Positions 12,216 through 23,864 of a DNA stretch of 38,533 nt are shown here, one piece after another (position 1 is the stretch's first letter; each line of letters opens with the position of its first letter). The notes beneath the pieces are model-generated. The model worked only from the letters and a program-made list of their open reading frames with translations, did no database searches and was not told where the DNA came from. Location: the NCBI RefSeq assembly GCF_001194135.2, contig NC_069000.1:21227692-21266224 (forward strand), in the 5' to 3' direction. The DNA is from Octopus bimaculoides (taxonomy: Eukaryota). Made by a program: the position numbers and the translations under genes.

Positions 12216-14779
12216 TTATTAATTTATTTGATTACCACTTTATTTATTGATGAAAGCAAAGTTGGCCTCGGTGAGATATGGACTCAATGTAGAGAGCCGC
12301 CGAACAGGCATTTGTCCGACGTTCAAACAATTCCGCCAGACCACAGTTTAAATAATGAAATGCTGTTCTAAACTGTTTCGGCTCTCATCCTCTTCAGTCC
12401 TCAAAACAATCTCCTGTTCTCTTAAATGTTTGTGCCTTGAAAACGTTATTCAAAAGCAACACACGATTAAATTTGCTAACCACAGTATACAGAACAGGTT
12501 AAATACTAGACCCTCTTCAAAATTTACTATTACTTCTATTTCAGTACTCTTATTGAGACAATCATCTAATCCTCAAAATTTTTCGCGCGGCACATGAGAT
12601 TGATCTAGTAGCTTTTTTAGAGCATGTGATTCTCAACCATTTTTTTTTTTTTTTGTGTGTGTTGACTCCCTTTGATTTCTATTTTATTTGGATGGACCCT
12701 CATAGCTATTCGTTGGTTTAAAAATCCTATTATATTTTTATACTTAGATATATTTAGGAATTGTATTTAAACATTTTGTTAAAATATTTTGAGTATTGTA
12801 GAAGTATAACCAATTTAACGCACATAATTTTTAATAACTAAATCATAAATGCCAATTGACCATAAATCAGCTACATCAAGGCTAACCTGGAGCTAAATTA
12901 CAACTTTGACGAACATGAAGCAATGAGTGTCTCTGAGATCGTTCGACCCACAGGAAAAAAAAAACAAATCGCTCTCAAATCACACCGCACTACCTTAAAA
13001 GAGAAAATACAAAGAATAGTGTAATTTTACATGACAAATCCCTCTGAATATAAATCTGCTCAAAAAAAATTTAAATAAAACAAACAAACAAATCAACGAG
13101 GTAGTCGTTTAACATGCGAGAAATACCACCAAATCTTCCAGCTATCTTAAAGCGAAATGTATGCATCAGATAATTTAGTGCAGGTATGGGGAATGTTTTT
13201 CGAGAAGTGGGCTGCATGAGACATGGCTCATCATCATGCAGACCGCACTTCTACAAAATAACTAAGGTAACACAGGTCTGTGAAATGATACTTTTTGAAA
13301 ACTATTTTGATAATTGTTTGCTACTTTATATATTTTGCTGGTGCTAATTCGAAATATCAAAAAAAAAAATTCCCTAAGGTCTTCTCACAATTTAATGTTA
13401 AGATATATCATAATTTGTAGGTAAATCCGCAAGGGGTACGACAAAATGAAACTAATAAAAAGTAATTTGATACAACACTTTTCATACCCTTTTCATAGTC
13501 GTCATGTACAATGATTTAGGTAACCCAAGCAAGTCACACTTCACTTTCTCCTTAAAACGGAAACCTTGAAAACAAGCGATATTTCAATAAAGACATGTCA
13601 TTTTGCTTCCTTCGGCAGCGCAAAGACATTAATAACAACACATTTCGAGGAAACAATCGTGTATCTTATCTTCCCTCGCGAACTTGCGGAAACGCAAGGC
13701 TTTCAAGTCCCCTAAAACAGACAAGTTTCTTTGGTGGCAGCTCAAACCTGACTTAATGGAATAGTCGACTGTGGTGAACAGAGTATTTTTCCCACCTCTC
13801 ACGCGAAGCTAATCTTTTCTTTTATTAAGGTAACTATGAACTACATTTGCTTCTCGCACACCACAGTGCACTACTAATAAGAAACAATGTAATTATGTAA
13901 ATTCTGTTGTTACCTAAATGACTTAAATAAGAGATTAGAGCTTGAAGTGGGAAGGTTGCATTATTGCCCTGATGTTACATCATAATTTAATACATGACTG
14001 TAGTAACTTAGACATGCAAAACATAACCCTGCCGATTACCAAGACTCGGTTGATTAACAAAAATTCACTGACCAACACTCTCAACCACTTGCTCACAGGT
14101 ACATCGTTTGTGTCTCTTCCTCATTCTAAAGCAACTACAATGGCTTCTGCACTTCTGAATTGGATACTCGCAATACCCGTACACTTGCTACACTTGTCTG
14201 TTCTTTTATCGTCTCCATTGTGATTCATTTCCTAAATCACTCGCTCAACACTTCGTTTGACCATTCATCCTTAGAGATTGAACCCCTTGAAATTTCTTCT
14301 CTACCCATGTTTTTTCCACAACTATCAACTTACGGAAGTTCAACCTGAACATCCACCACATCTGTTTCATCAGCTTGGGAGAACCTTAAGAAGAGGAGGG
14401 GATACCCTTTCTCTTCTGACTCATTTCAAGACCTCTTCATAAACTTGATCAAATGACATCAATTGTTCAAGGTTCGGTAGTTATTTTGTAAGTTTTACAT
14501 TCCATATTGAGTAACAATGTCACTCTTCTGTAAATTCTCTTGATACTCTGTAATCCATGAAACGTACTCAAAATAAATTATAAATTGTTTGACATAGACA
14601 CAAAGTCATAAATTTGGGGGAAGGGGAACAGTCGGTTATATCGATCCTCACTCTTGACTGGTACCTAATCGCCCCCGGAAGGATGAAAGCCAAAGTTGAA
14701 CTCAGCAAGGTTTGAACACAGAATAGAGTTTTTGGAGAGGATTGATGAAGCAATGGAGACGAAAAATCATGCAGAGGCG

Positions 14780-15290
14780 ACAAAGGAAAGAAGCGAAGAC
14801 GTGAGGCTGGAGGATATAAGCAAATTCAAGGAAATGATTTAAAGGGAGGGGAACGAAATGAAGGTGTTCCCCACCAAAGAAGTGTTAAAAGAGAAAAATG
14901 AGAAAACCATAATTTACAGAACACGATGGCTCAAGTAGAAAAGACTCTTAAACCAATCTGGCAAGGACTTTCCTACCAAGCCAGAGGAACAAAATTTGGA
15001 ACAGTGGAGGTGCGGTTTCGGCAGGTGGCTACTGCTAAGCTGCACTCAGCAACACCTTTGAGAACTGATGAAGTGGTGCTTCTACCCGTATACCTTGGGA
15101 GACGTGCCTCCAGGGTTAGGGTAGAAGATATACCCCCAGAAGTGGATGTAGCCTGGCTGGTAGCTGCTATACTGCTAGGCGTGGAAGAGAAGGTGGTGGT
15201 CCTCCAGGCCACCAGAACACCCCACAGGAACTGGCAGGGATAAAGCCTCGATATGGTGGTACAGGTTGCTGTGGAAGATATTAGACAGTA
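14780..15290 (+). mobile_element. putative retrotransposon ORF1/gag-like remnant (105-aa ORF 14926-15243 with a frameshifted upstream extension)
   Basis: Protein-like composition (LSYQARGTKFGTVEVRF...LLPVYLGRRASRVRVEDIPPEVDVAWLVAAIL), GC-richer than the flanks, and coding-like sequence continues past the stop. Family assignment is by resemblance only. Confidence 0.35.
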
Positions 15291-17489
15291 GTCATGCTGG
15301 GGCACCACCTTGAAGAATTTTTAGTAGTAAAAAAAATCAGCATTTAAAAATTTAGATTTAAAGTCTTTTGTTTTCTTCTCTCGGCATTTACAGATTAGTG
15401 AGAATGAGCTGACCTATTGAACTTTCTCCGGCCGTTGAAGATCTAAGAGAATTATGGCGCCGAAGGTTAGTCATTCAAACGTACTTCTTATCGTTTTTAT
15501 GTTTCTCCATATTTCTTGAAGTAAATGCTTTCCCTTTTGTTAGAATTCAGACAATATGTACATTGAGTAGTAAAGAGTTTTGTGTTCTGTTATTCTATTC
15601 TACTTATTTATTTTCGATTGAATATATTTTGTTTACTTAAAAATTGGAACTTTGGAAAAAAAAATTCTGGGGTCGATACATTCGACTAAAAATTCCTCAA
15701 GGTGGTGCCCCAGCATGGCCAGTCTAATGACGGCAACAAGCAAAAAGAAAAGAAAAAAACAAAAATAACCGAAAAATATAACCGTGGGGCTTTTACCGAG
15801 GGGCTTTCGGAGACAGAAACTGAAAGAAGCCAATTGTGTGTGTGTGCCACCTCTTGACAACCAATGTTGGTGTGTTTACGTCCCCGTTATCTAGTGGTTC
15901 GGCAAAGAGCCTGATAGAATAAATACCAGGCTTTGAAATAAGTGCTGGGGTCGATTCGTTCGTCTAAAAATTCTTCAAGGTGGTGCCCCATCATGTTTGC
16001 AGTCTAATGAGTGAAACAAGTAAAAGATAATCTGAATTGTATTCTGCAAATTATCAAAGCACTTTATATACTGTTATTGACAACTAAAATCCACTGATAG
16101 AGTTATTGTTGTTTTCTTAGAAACTAGTTCTTTCTTATCGGAAAATTTCAAAGAATCCAGCAAAAAACGTTTCAGAAATGTGACAAAGCGCTTGTAGTTC
16201 TTAACGTTTTGGGTTCAAATTCCGCCAAGAGCAAATTTGCCTTTCATCTTTTATAGAGGGAACTCGAAAAAACAGCATAAAATACCAGACAAGTACTGGA
16301 GTTGATTTCTATAAAGCATTTTAAATGTGAGTGGAATTGTAATACAACAAATAGACCATACATACATAGTGAACAACAGAAAGAGTGCAAAATCAAGAGC
16401 TCTGATAACCCTTCGTTTCGCCCAACACATTCTGTGTTTTAATAGTTTTAGCCATTAGCGTAAAACACGTTGAGATTTGTATTCTTAGAAGGGAGACAAC
16501 TTTAACGTTGCTATGGCATATCTATTATTGTCGCATTGTCATGAACTGTTTTGTATATAGAATCCAGAGAAATGTATTTTCTTTTCAAATGAAATCCACA
16601 GCAAATCGATATTATATGTCTGTGTACGTGTGTGCGTGCGCACACGCACACACTGACACACATACACGCTCACTATTATACTTTTTGCACTATTCATTTT
16701 TAAAGATGAAAATATTTTGATATTTTTTTTCTTCTCTAGACACAAAGACCGAAATTTTTGGGGAAGGGGCCAGTCGATTAGATCGACCCAGTCCGCAATT
16801 GGTACCTAATTTATCGACTCCGAAAGGATGAAAGGCAAAGTATGCCCATGTAAAGGTGACTAGCTCGCAGAAGCGTTAGCACGCCGGCCAAAATGCCTAG
16901 CGGTATTTCACCCGTCTTTAGTTCTGCATTCAAATTCTGCCGAGTGTGACTTTGCCTTTCACCCTTCCGAAGTCGAAGAAATAAATACGAGCTGAGCATT
17001 GGTGTCGATGTAATCAACTAGCCCCCTCCTCCGAAATTGCTGGCCCTGTGTCAAAATTCGATACCAATATTTATGTCAATGTTACGGCAGCGAGCTTACA
17101 GAATCGTTAAGCATGCCGGGTAAATTGCTTAGCGGTATTTCGTCCGTCTTCACGTTCTATGTTCAAATTCCACCGACGTCGATGTTGCCTTCCATCATTT
17201 CGGAGTCGATAAAATAAGTACCAGTTCAACACTGGAGGTCGATGTAACCGATTTACACACTCCCCTAAAATTGCTGGCCTTGTGACAAAATTTGAAATTA
17301 ATATTTATGTTTGTGTTATATTTTGTTTGGCATGATCAGTCGATCGGAGATCGAAATGGGGTATAGATATATTAAGACAATTTTTTAAAATAAAAAATGA
17401 GGTTAATAATCATCAAAATTATAACTATTAACGAAATATAATAACCATTCTAAGATATTTAGACATTTAATATACAGACTTTCTTATGA

Positions 17490-17679
17490 AGATGGCGAGC
17501 TGGCAGAAACATTGGCACGCCGGGCAAAATGCTTAGCGGTATTAAGTCTACCTTTACGTTCTGAGTTCAAATTCCGCCGAGGTTGACTTTGCCTTTTGGG
17601 GGTCGATAAATTAAGTACCAGTATCTAATCAACTGGCCCCTCCCTAAAAATTTCAGGCCTTGTGTCTACAGTAGAAAAG
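17490..17679 (+). mobile_element. tRNA-derived SINE, family B, with a 21-bp target-site duplication (other copies about 1866-2030, 7005-7220, 16855-17065, 17093-17300, 19720-19910, 20305-20510 on +; 28228-28480, 34590-34779 on -)
   Basis: ggcgagctggcaga...gagttcaaattccgccgagg head. TSD aatatacagactttcttatga (17469-17489) versus aatatatagatcttcttatga (17680-17700), 3 mismatches. Confidence 0.9.
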
Positions 17680-17727
17680 AATATATAGATCTTCTTATGA
17701 TTAAAAAGTTTGTTTCACAACCATATC

Positions 17728-17904
17728 CAGGGTTGACCAAAAGTCAATTGACAGTAAATCAAAACCATTTAATTTAACAACTAAATGAATTTAATAAAAG
17801 TAGTCCTTTTTGAGTGACACATTTTTCCATTCAAGTCAATACAGAATTACAAATAGTATTTATGGAATTCTGAATTAGTGTCAGGGAACTTTTGGCCAAC
17901 CCTG
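17728..17904. mobile_element. Tc1/mariner-type MITE
   Basis: TIRs cagggttgaccaaaagt / acttttggccaaccctg, followed by TA on the right. Confidence 0.75.
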
Positions 17905-18667
17905 TATATACATGTGGTAAGGAGCTTGATTCCCAACCACTTTGGGTCATCCAAAGCCTTGTGAAATGCTTTGGCAGAAGGAAACTGAAAGAAGCCTGTT
18001 GTGTGTGTGTGTGTGTGTTTGTCCCCCACCACCACTTGACAACTGGTGATGGTGTATTTAACTTAACGGTTCGACAAAAGAGGCCAATAGTATAAGTAGC
18101 TGGCTTTAAAAAAAAATAGGTACTGGAAACAATTCATTCACCTAAAAATTCTAGGTAGTATCCCAGCATGGCCACAGTTTAACTCAAACAAGTAAAAGAT
18201 AAAAGATATCATTATCATCATCATCATCATTTAGCATCTATGTTCCGAGCAGGCATGGGTTAGACTCTTACCTGTGGACTCCTTTGATTTTTATTTTACT
18301 CTATTGAAATCTCCCACAGCCATTTGAAGTTTTTAAAAAATCCCTTTATTTTTATACTTAAATATTATTAGGAATTGTAGAAAAAAGATTGTTAAAGTAT
18401 TTTGTGTATTGTAGATTCATGCTATCAGCACTAATGCAACCCTCGTGCAGTTTGCAAGACTACAAACCCTGAGGAGACAACTTCATGCAAGGAGATGAAG
18501 GGCAAAAGATGAGTAAAACCATAAGAGAAGGGCCAGAGCAGAACTGGTTTCTTGTTCTACGGCATGCCTGTCACTAAGCGGGTGCACTGGATGGTACTGC
18601 TCCTTCACTATTCAATGGTGCACCCTCAGATTTAGAAAATACAGATTACAAAAATCTTCCCACAATA

Positions 18668-19405
18668 CAAATTAGTGTCCACCCAGAATATTCTGAAACA
18701 CCCCCAGACACCAAAGTCTGGCGATGGGCCTGCTATAGAGGAGTTCCATGATTCGATTCAAATTAGTGTCCACCTAGAATATTCTGAAGCACCCCTAGAC
18801 ACCAAAGTCTGGTGATGGGTCTGCTATAGAAAAGTTCCATGATTCAATTCAAATTAGTGTCCACCTAGAATATTCTGAAGCACCCCCAGACACCAAAGTC
18901 TGGTGATGGGTCTGCTATAGAGGAGCTCCATGATTCGATTCAAATTAGTGTCCACCCAGAATATTCTGAAGCACCCCCAGACACCAAAATCTGGCGATGG
19001 GCCTGCTATAGAGGAGTTCCATGATTCGATTCAAATTAGTGTCCACCCAGAATATTCTGAAGCACCCCTAGACACCAAAATCTGGTGATGGGTCTGCTAT
19101 AGAAAAGTTCCATGATTCGATTCAAATTAGTGTCCACCCAGAATATTCTGAAGCATNNNNNNNNNNNNNNNNNNNNNNNNNNNNNNNNNNNNNNNNNNNN
19201 NNNNNNNNNNNNNNNNNNNNNNNNNNNNNNNNNNNNNNNNNNNNNNNNNNNNNNNNNNNNNNNNNNNNNNNNNNNNNATCTGGTGATGGGTCTGCTATAG
19301 AAAAGTTCCATGATTCGATTCAAATTAGTGTCCACCCAGAATATTCTGAAGCATCCCCAGACAACAAAGTCTGGCGATGGGCCTGCTATAGAGGAGCTCC
19401 ATGAT
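18668..19405. repeat. 91-bp minisatellite, at least 7 units, interrupted by the N-gap 19157-19277
   Basis: caaattagtg recurs at 18668, 18759, 18850, 18941, 19032 and 19123 (exact 91-nt period) and again at 19321. Confidence 0.97.
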
Positions 19406-19959
19406 TACTCACATTTTAAAAGAGAAGGTGGAAGTGCTCAAGCAGGGCCAGAGTTTCTCGTCAAAAGAGAAGAGTGACAGTGCTGAACAGCAGAAAAGTA
19501 ATGATGAGACAGTAGACAGGAGAAGTATAAGGGAGGTATGATTTTAGGTAGGTTGCAGGAGTGGTTGGAGAAGAGAGAAGCAGTATAACCACAGTCCAAT
19601 GGCTGAAATCTGTACAAGAAAGTGTGCAGAACTTATTACTAAATGTTGAGCTGACATTTTTCCTGTCTACAGTGCAAATGTACACTAGTGTTGACACCTA
19701 ATGTGGCAATCTACCTGAATAATTAGCACACCAGATAAAATATTTAACGACATTTCTTCTTGCTTTACATTCTCAGTTCAAATTCTGCTGAGGTCAGCTT
19801 TGCCTTTCATCCTTTCAAAGTTGATAAAATATATACCAGTTGTGCACTGAGGTCGATGGAATCAACTTACCCCCTCTCCTGAAATTGCTGGCCTGCTGCC
19901 AAAATTTGAAACCATAATTATCATTAACATTTCTTTTTATCTCATGTTTTATTGTGACT

Positions 19960-20215
19960 TCTAGAGTCTTGTATGCATAGCAGGCTTGCTGCCTGCAGCC
20001 TATGGTACCATGCTATCTGTTCTTTTCAACTATCTAATACTTTCCTTTTGTAACCGTTCTATTGGGCACTCTATTCCGATTCCCTTTATATTCCTTTTGA
20101 TGCCTTCTGATACTGTTCCCAAGGACCCAACAATAATTGGCACTGTCTTCACCTTCTTCATTTGCCATAGCCAGGCTATTTCATACTTAAGAGGATCTAT
20201 TTTTTTGCCATCCTT
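19960..20215 (-). mobile_element. RLE-type (R4/NeSL-like) non-LTR retrotransposon 3' remnant
   Basis: KKIDPLKYEIAWLWQMKKVKTVPIIVGSLGTVSEGIKRNIKGIGIECPIERLQKESIR*, matching the K..KY..L...W...VP.V.G.LG restriction-like endonuclease tail. Confidence 0.7.
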
Positions 20216-21220
20216 TTTGACTAGTCATGGGTTAAAGGAGCACACAAATCAATTATATAGCACATGTGGTGCATCTTCTCTACCACCACTAGGTCCATGA
20301 TGAAGGCAGCAAACTGACAGAATGGTTAGCATGCTGGACAAGTGACATTTCATCCTTCTTTATGTTCTGAGTTCAAATTCCACTGACACTGAGTTTGCCC
20401 TTCATCTTTTCAAGGTTGATAAATTAAGTACAAGTGAAACACTAGGGGGTCAATGTAATCAACTAGTCCCCTCCACCAAAATTTCAGGCCTTGTGCCTTT
20501 AGTGGAAAGGATTATTATCATTATTACCATAATCATTGTCCTCACCAGTCAACTACCTAAATAATTAACAAGTCTGATGACTTCTTCAAATGATTTCTAA
20601 TTATATTGGTGAGATGGAGACATTTCAACTGTACTCCATCTACAAATTTTGTGACTTTGAACTTATATGAGAAAATATTTTGTACTTTTGTTGGATTTTT
20701 CTTTTAATATAATGAAAGTAGTAGTAGTAGTAGTAGTAGTAGTCAGTCAGTCAATCAGTGAAAGCATAAATAACTTTTTGTTGAAAATCAAACATTTCAC
20801 TTGCCAGGCAAACCTCTTTTATGTTTCTCTAATCTCTAAAGAATGTCAAGAGTCCAAAGAAGTAGGCTTTCTATTCTTCACAGCTATTAATTTTGTATGA
20901 TATTCCATGACCTCTGTTTCCCATTTATTGTTGCTGACATGGACTCTCGGTGGCACTTCTCGGATTCTGGAATTTAGCCCAATATATGGTTGGTTTAGTA
21001 AGTACCCAAATTAACATTGAAGTAATCTCCTGATATTATTTATTTTTCATGGTAGAAATAGCTGATTATGTATAAAGGTAAATATATAAAAAAAAAACAG
21101 ACAAAGAGAATATGAAATAAGCAGAACAAGAAGAGACATGTCGAATAAAGAGTCACTGAAGAGGGCACAGAATGTCTAACAAAAGAACTTTGACAAAGAA
21201 GCTAAAATAAAGATAATAAA

Positions 21221-21613
21221 GGCGCAGGAGTGGCTGTGTGGTAAGTAGCTTGATTACCAACCACATGGTTCCGGGTTCATTCCCACTGTGTGGCACCTTG
21301 GGCAAGTGTCGTCTACTATAGCCTCGGGCCGACCAAAGCCTTGTGAGTGGATTTGGTAGACGGAAACTGAAAGAAGCCCGTCGTATATATGTGTATATAC
21401 ATGTGTGTGTATATGTTTGTGTGTCTGTGTTTGTCCTCCCAACAGTGCTTGACAACCGGTTGCTGTGTGTTTATGTCCCTGTAACTTAGCGGTTCGGCAA
21501 AAGAGACCGATAGAATAAGTACTAGGCTTCCAAAGAATAAGTCCTGGGGTCGATTTGCTTGACTAAAGGTGGTGCTCCAGCATGGCCGCAGTCAAATGAC
21601 TGAAACAAGTAAA
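21221..21613 (+). mobile_element. full-length tRNA-derived SINE, family A (other copies about 3280-3655 +, 15800-16030 +, 17925-18210 +, 23865-24264 -, 26827-27201 -, 33177-33335 +)
   Basis: A-box tggctgtgtgg at 21231-21241, B-box-like ggttcattccc at 21274-21284, CORE-like gcaccttgggcaagtg, internal (TG/TA)n, and a conserved tail ending gactgaaacaagtaaaa. tRNA-derived SINE families are described from octopus, but I cannot assign a named family. Confidence 0.9.
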
Positions 21614-22461
21614 ACTGAAGTGAAGACCAAATATGTAGTGCATGTGTTTAACTGGCAAAATACGACCATCCCCAAATATAACAATACTTGTTTCAACATA
21701 TGATTTCACATCAAGAATCTTGCAAAACAAATCCATAAATGTAATGAAAAAAATTGACTCGCTGTTTATTTCCAACTGACTATTTTACAGATAAATATTG
21801 AAGCATTGTAAGGTATTCAGTACAGAAATAAATAAATAAATAAATACAGGGGTCTGTCCAGCTGCTATTGATATGTGCTGGTCATTGTTGAGACATCAGG
21901 TGTTCTTGGACCCCATACTCTCGATTTCCTCCACAAAATAGGGATAACTGTGGCCTGTTGGAAAAAGGAGTCCTGTGAGGTAGAGAGGCTGCTGCAGCAG
22001 CCATTCTCCATGGCAACATTATCATGATCATTACCGTGGGGTACAGATGAATACACCATTCGTTTTGGGGTATGTGGCCTATCACTCCCTTCCCCTCTAT
22101 CTTTTGCTGCTTTACCCCTGCTTTTTTTTTCTTTCTTTTCCATTTTTTTTATCCCTTTTCTCTTGTTTCTTTCTATTTAAATGTTATAATTTAAAAGAAA
22201 CAATGCTGTCACTTAATGAATAAAGGAAGAAATGTGTTGACAATTTGAGTGGTTATGATTAGACATGATGTTGTGAATATTAATGTGTCCATTGGTATAC
22301 TTATACCTCTAGTCAAGTGATCACACACTCAACAAACGTGTGTGTGTGCGCAGGCGTGTATGTATGTGTATGTCTCAACTAGTTTGAGCACTTCTTTTAC
22401 AGCCCTGTATAAATTTGGTTTTCTAATACAAAACTGTTAATATTGAATAATTATATATATA

Positions 22462-22630
22462 CCACTCTCTGAGTGGTTGATGTTAGGAAGGGCATCCAGC
22501 TGTAGAAACTCTGCCAAATCAGATTGGAGCCTGGTGTTGCCATCCGGTTTCACCAGTCCTCAGTCAAATCGTCCAACCCATGCTAGCATGGAAAGCGAAC
22601 GTTAAACGATGACGACGATGATGATGATAT
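22462..22630 (+). mobile_element. SINE family C with an RTE-like (GAT)n tail (other copies about 2040-2280, 2670-2870, 27610-27900 on +; 1260-1440, 24283-24532, 24674-24923, 38336-38533 on -)
   Basis: Shared gttaggaagggcatccagctgtagaaac...aacccatgctagcatggaaagcggacgttaaacgatgatgatg; the tail resembles RTE LINE 3' ends. Confidence 0.85.
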
Positions 22631-22916
22631 ATATATGATAGATCGCTGACCACTACACACATTTTTTTCTCTCCTTGTTTCTTTCTGTATTCCTTTCTGT
22701 GGAAGAGCGTAGGCTCGAAATGTTAAAGACTTTTTCAATTCCCAAGCGTTACACTAATATATCTATTTGTTTTCCACACCACCTGTCTTCGTCTGTTGTT
22801 TTTTTGTGAATTCTCCCTATATATAAAAACTTAGATATATTTCAACCAAAGATTGGTCCAGGCCATGTCTAACTTAATAGCACCACCTGATAAGATTATC
22901 TAAATCCTTTTTACAG

Positions 22917-23190
22917 TCAAGTTTGGTCTATGGTCCATTCAAGTAATGAGTTTTTATTGAGTGAGTTGTATCCAGGTATGGGTGGCTTGTTTGGTATTCT
23001 TTGAAGAAAGCTGTCTAGACTCCGTTTAAAGCTGATAGGATCCTTTTCCTCTTTTATCTGTTTCGGGACAATGTTAAACAGGGCAGGGCATGTTGAAGAA
23101 AGAAATTATACCGCAATGTACCTATATGTTGTGATCCTGAATTGGGAGGGGACGTACGGCTCGTGGTCCCAGAGAGCAGAGGGATAGAAG
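22917..23190 (-). mobile_element. CR1/L2-like LINE ORF2 3' end
   Basis: PALFNIVPKQIKEEKDPISFKRSLDSFLQRIPNKPPIPGYNSLNKNSLLEWTIDQT*, matching the LFN.LP......F K..LD.FL..IP..P pattern. Confidence 0.75.
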
Positions 23191-23864
23191 CAACAGAAGA
23201 AAGTGTTAGGAAGGGAAAGAGAGAGGGAGAAAGGCAAAAGAAAGACAGAGAAGAAAGAGACAGAAATAGACGTCACACAAAAAATATTCCAAGAATATGC
23301 TACAAATGACTAAAAAAAAATAATAAAGCTTCTGTCCTTCTTCTCTCCACAACTCTTTCTCTCTCTTCCCACATGATCCATGACCATTCATACCTCTCTC
23401 ATCCTTTTTCACTTTACCATTGACTTGGTTGATCACGTTTCCTTGTACTTCTGCACTTTTCCTACATGGTCTGTTTACTTCAACCTTTGTTCTGACTTTC
23501 TTTCTGTCTCTTTCTTAATTCCAGTCCTACAGGACATTTTCATTTTCCTTTGCATTATCCCATTTTCAGCCCATCTCGCAGCCACATGGCCTTTTTTGTT
23601 GTATAATTTTATTTTGTCATGTTTGTTTTTGTCCTTGTTCTGTACATTCGTTGGCTGTTCCCAGTGCCTTTCCACCACTGGAACCACCAAAAGTGAACAA
23701 TGTCAGCATTAAAGGCGCGAAGTTGTAAGGAACTTTTGGACATTGACTGATTGGAAATTGGCTATGAATTTTGTTTGTTGTGTTTTTGTTAAATTTTTGA
23801 AATGCTATTTATGTAACGCTACACACTTGTTATTTTTTTACTCATTTGTGTGTATATATATATA

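Noticed and set aside
13604-13622. U6 snRNA-like 5' stretch (tgcttccttcggcagcgca)
   Set aside because: Similarity is limited to about 19 nt and the rest of U6 (ACAGAGA box etc.) does not follow.
13500-13835. Plus-strand first exon ending AAG|gtaact (and a similar one near 15466) of a hidden gene
   Set aside because: Only a donor-like motif in CpG-richer DNA. No downstream plus-strand coding exons could be recognised.
18668-19405. Regularly spaced repeat array as a CRISPR locus
   Set aside because: Units are contiguous 91-nt near-identical repeats with no unique spacers, there are no cas genes, and the context is eukaryotic with spliced genes.
21221-21290. tRNA genes at SINE heads
   Set aside because: A- and B-box-like motifs are present but there is no complete cloverleaf or acceptor stem, and they continue into SINE bodies present in many copies.
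21865-22143. 92-aa ORF as the missing AMPD terminal exon
   Set aside because: No HWLG/GNDI/TNVP similarity, and the acceptor gives phase 1. Read in phase 0 it hits TAA after 7 codons.
23206-23760. Purine-rich minus-strand ORFs as a LINE or gene
   Set aside because: Multiple stops in all frames and no motif I can name with confidence. Probably an old retroelement relic, but not supportable.
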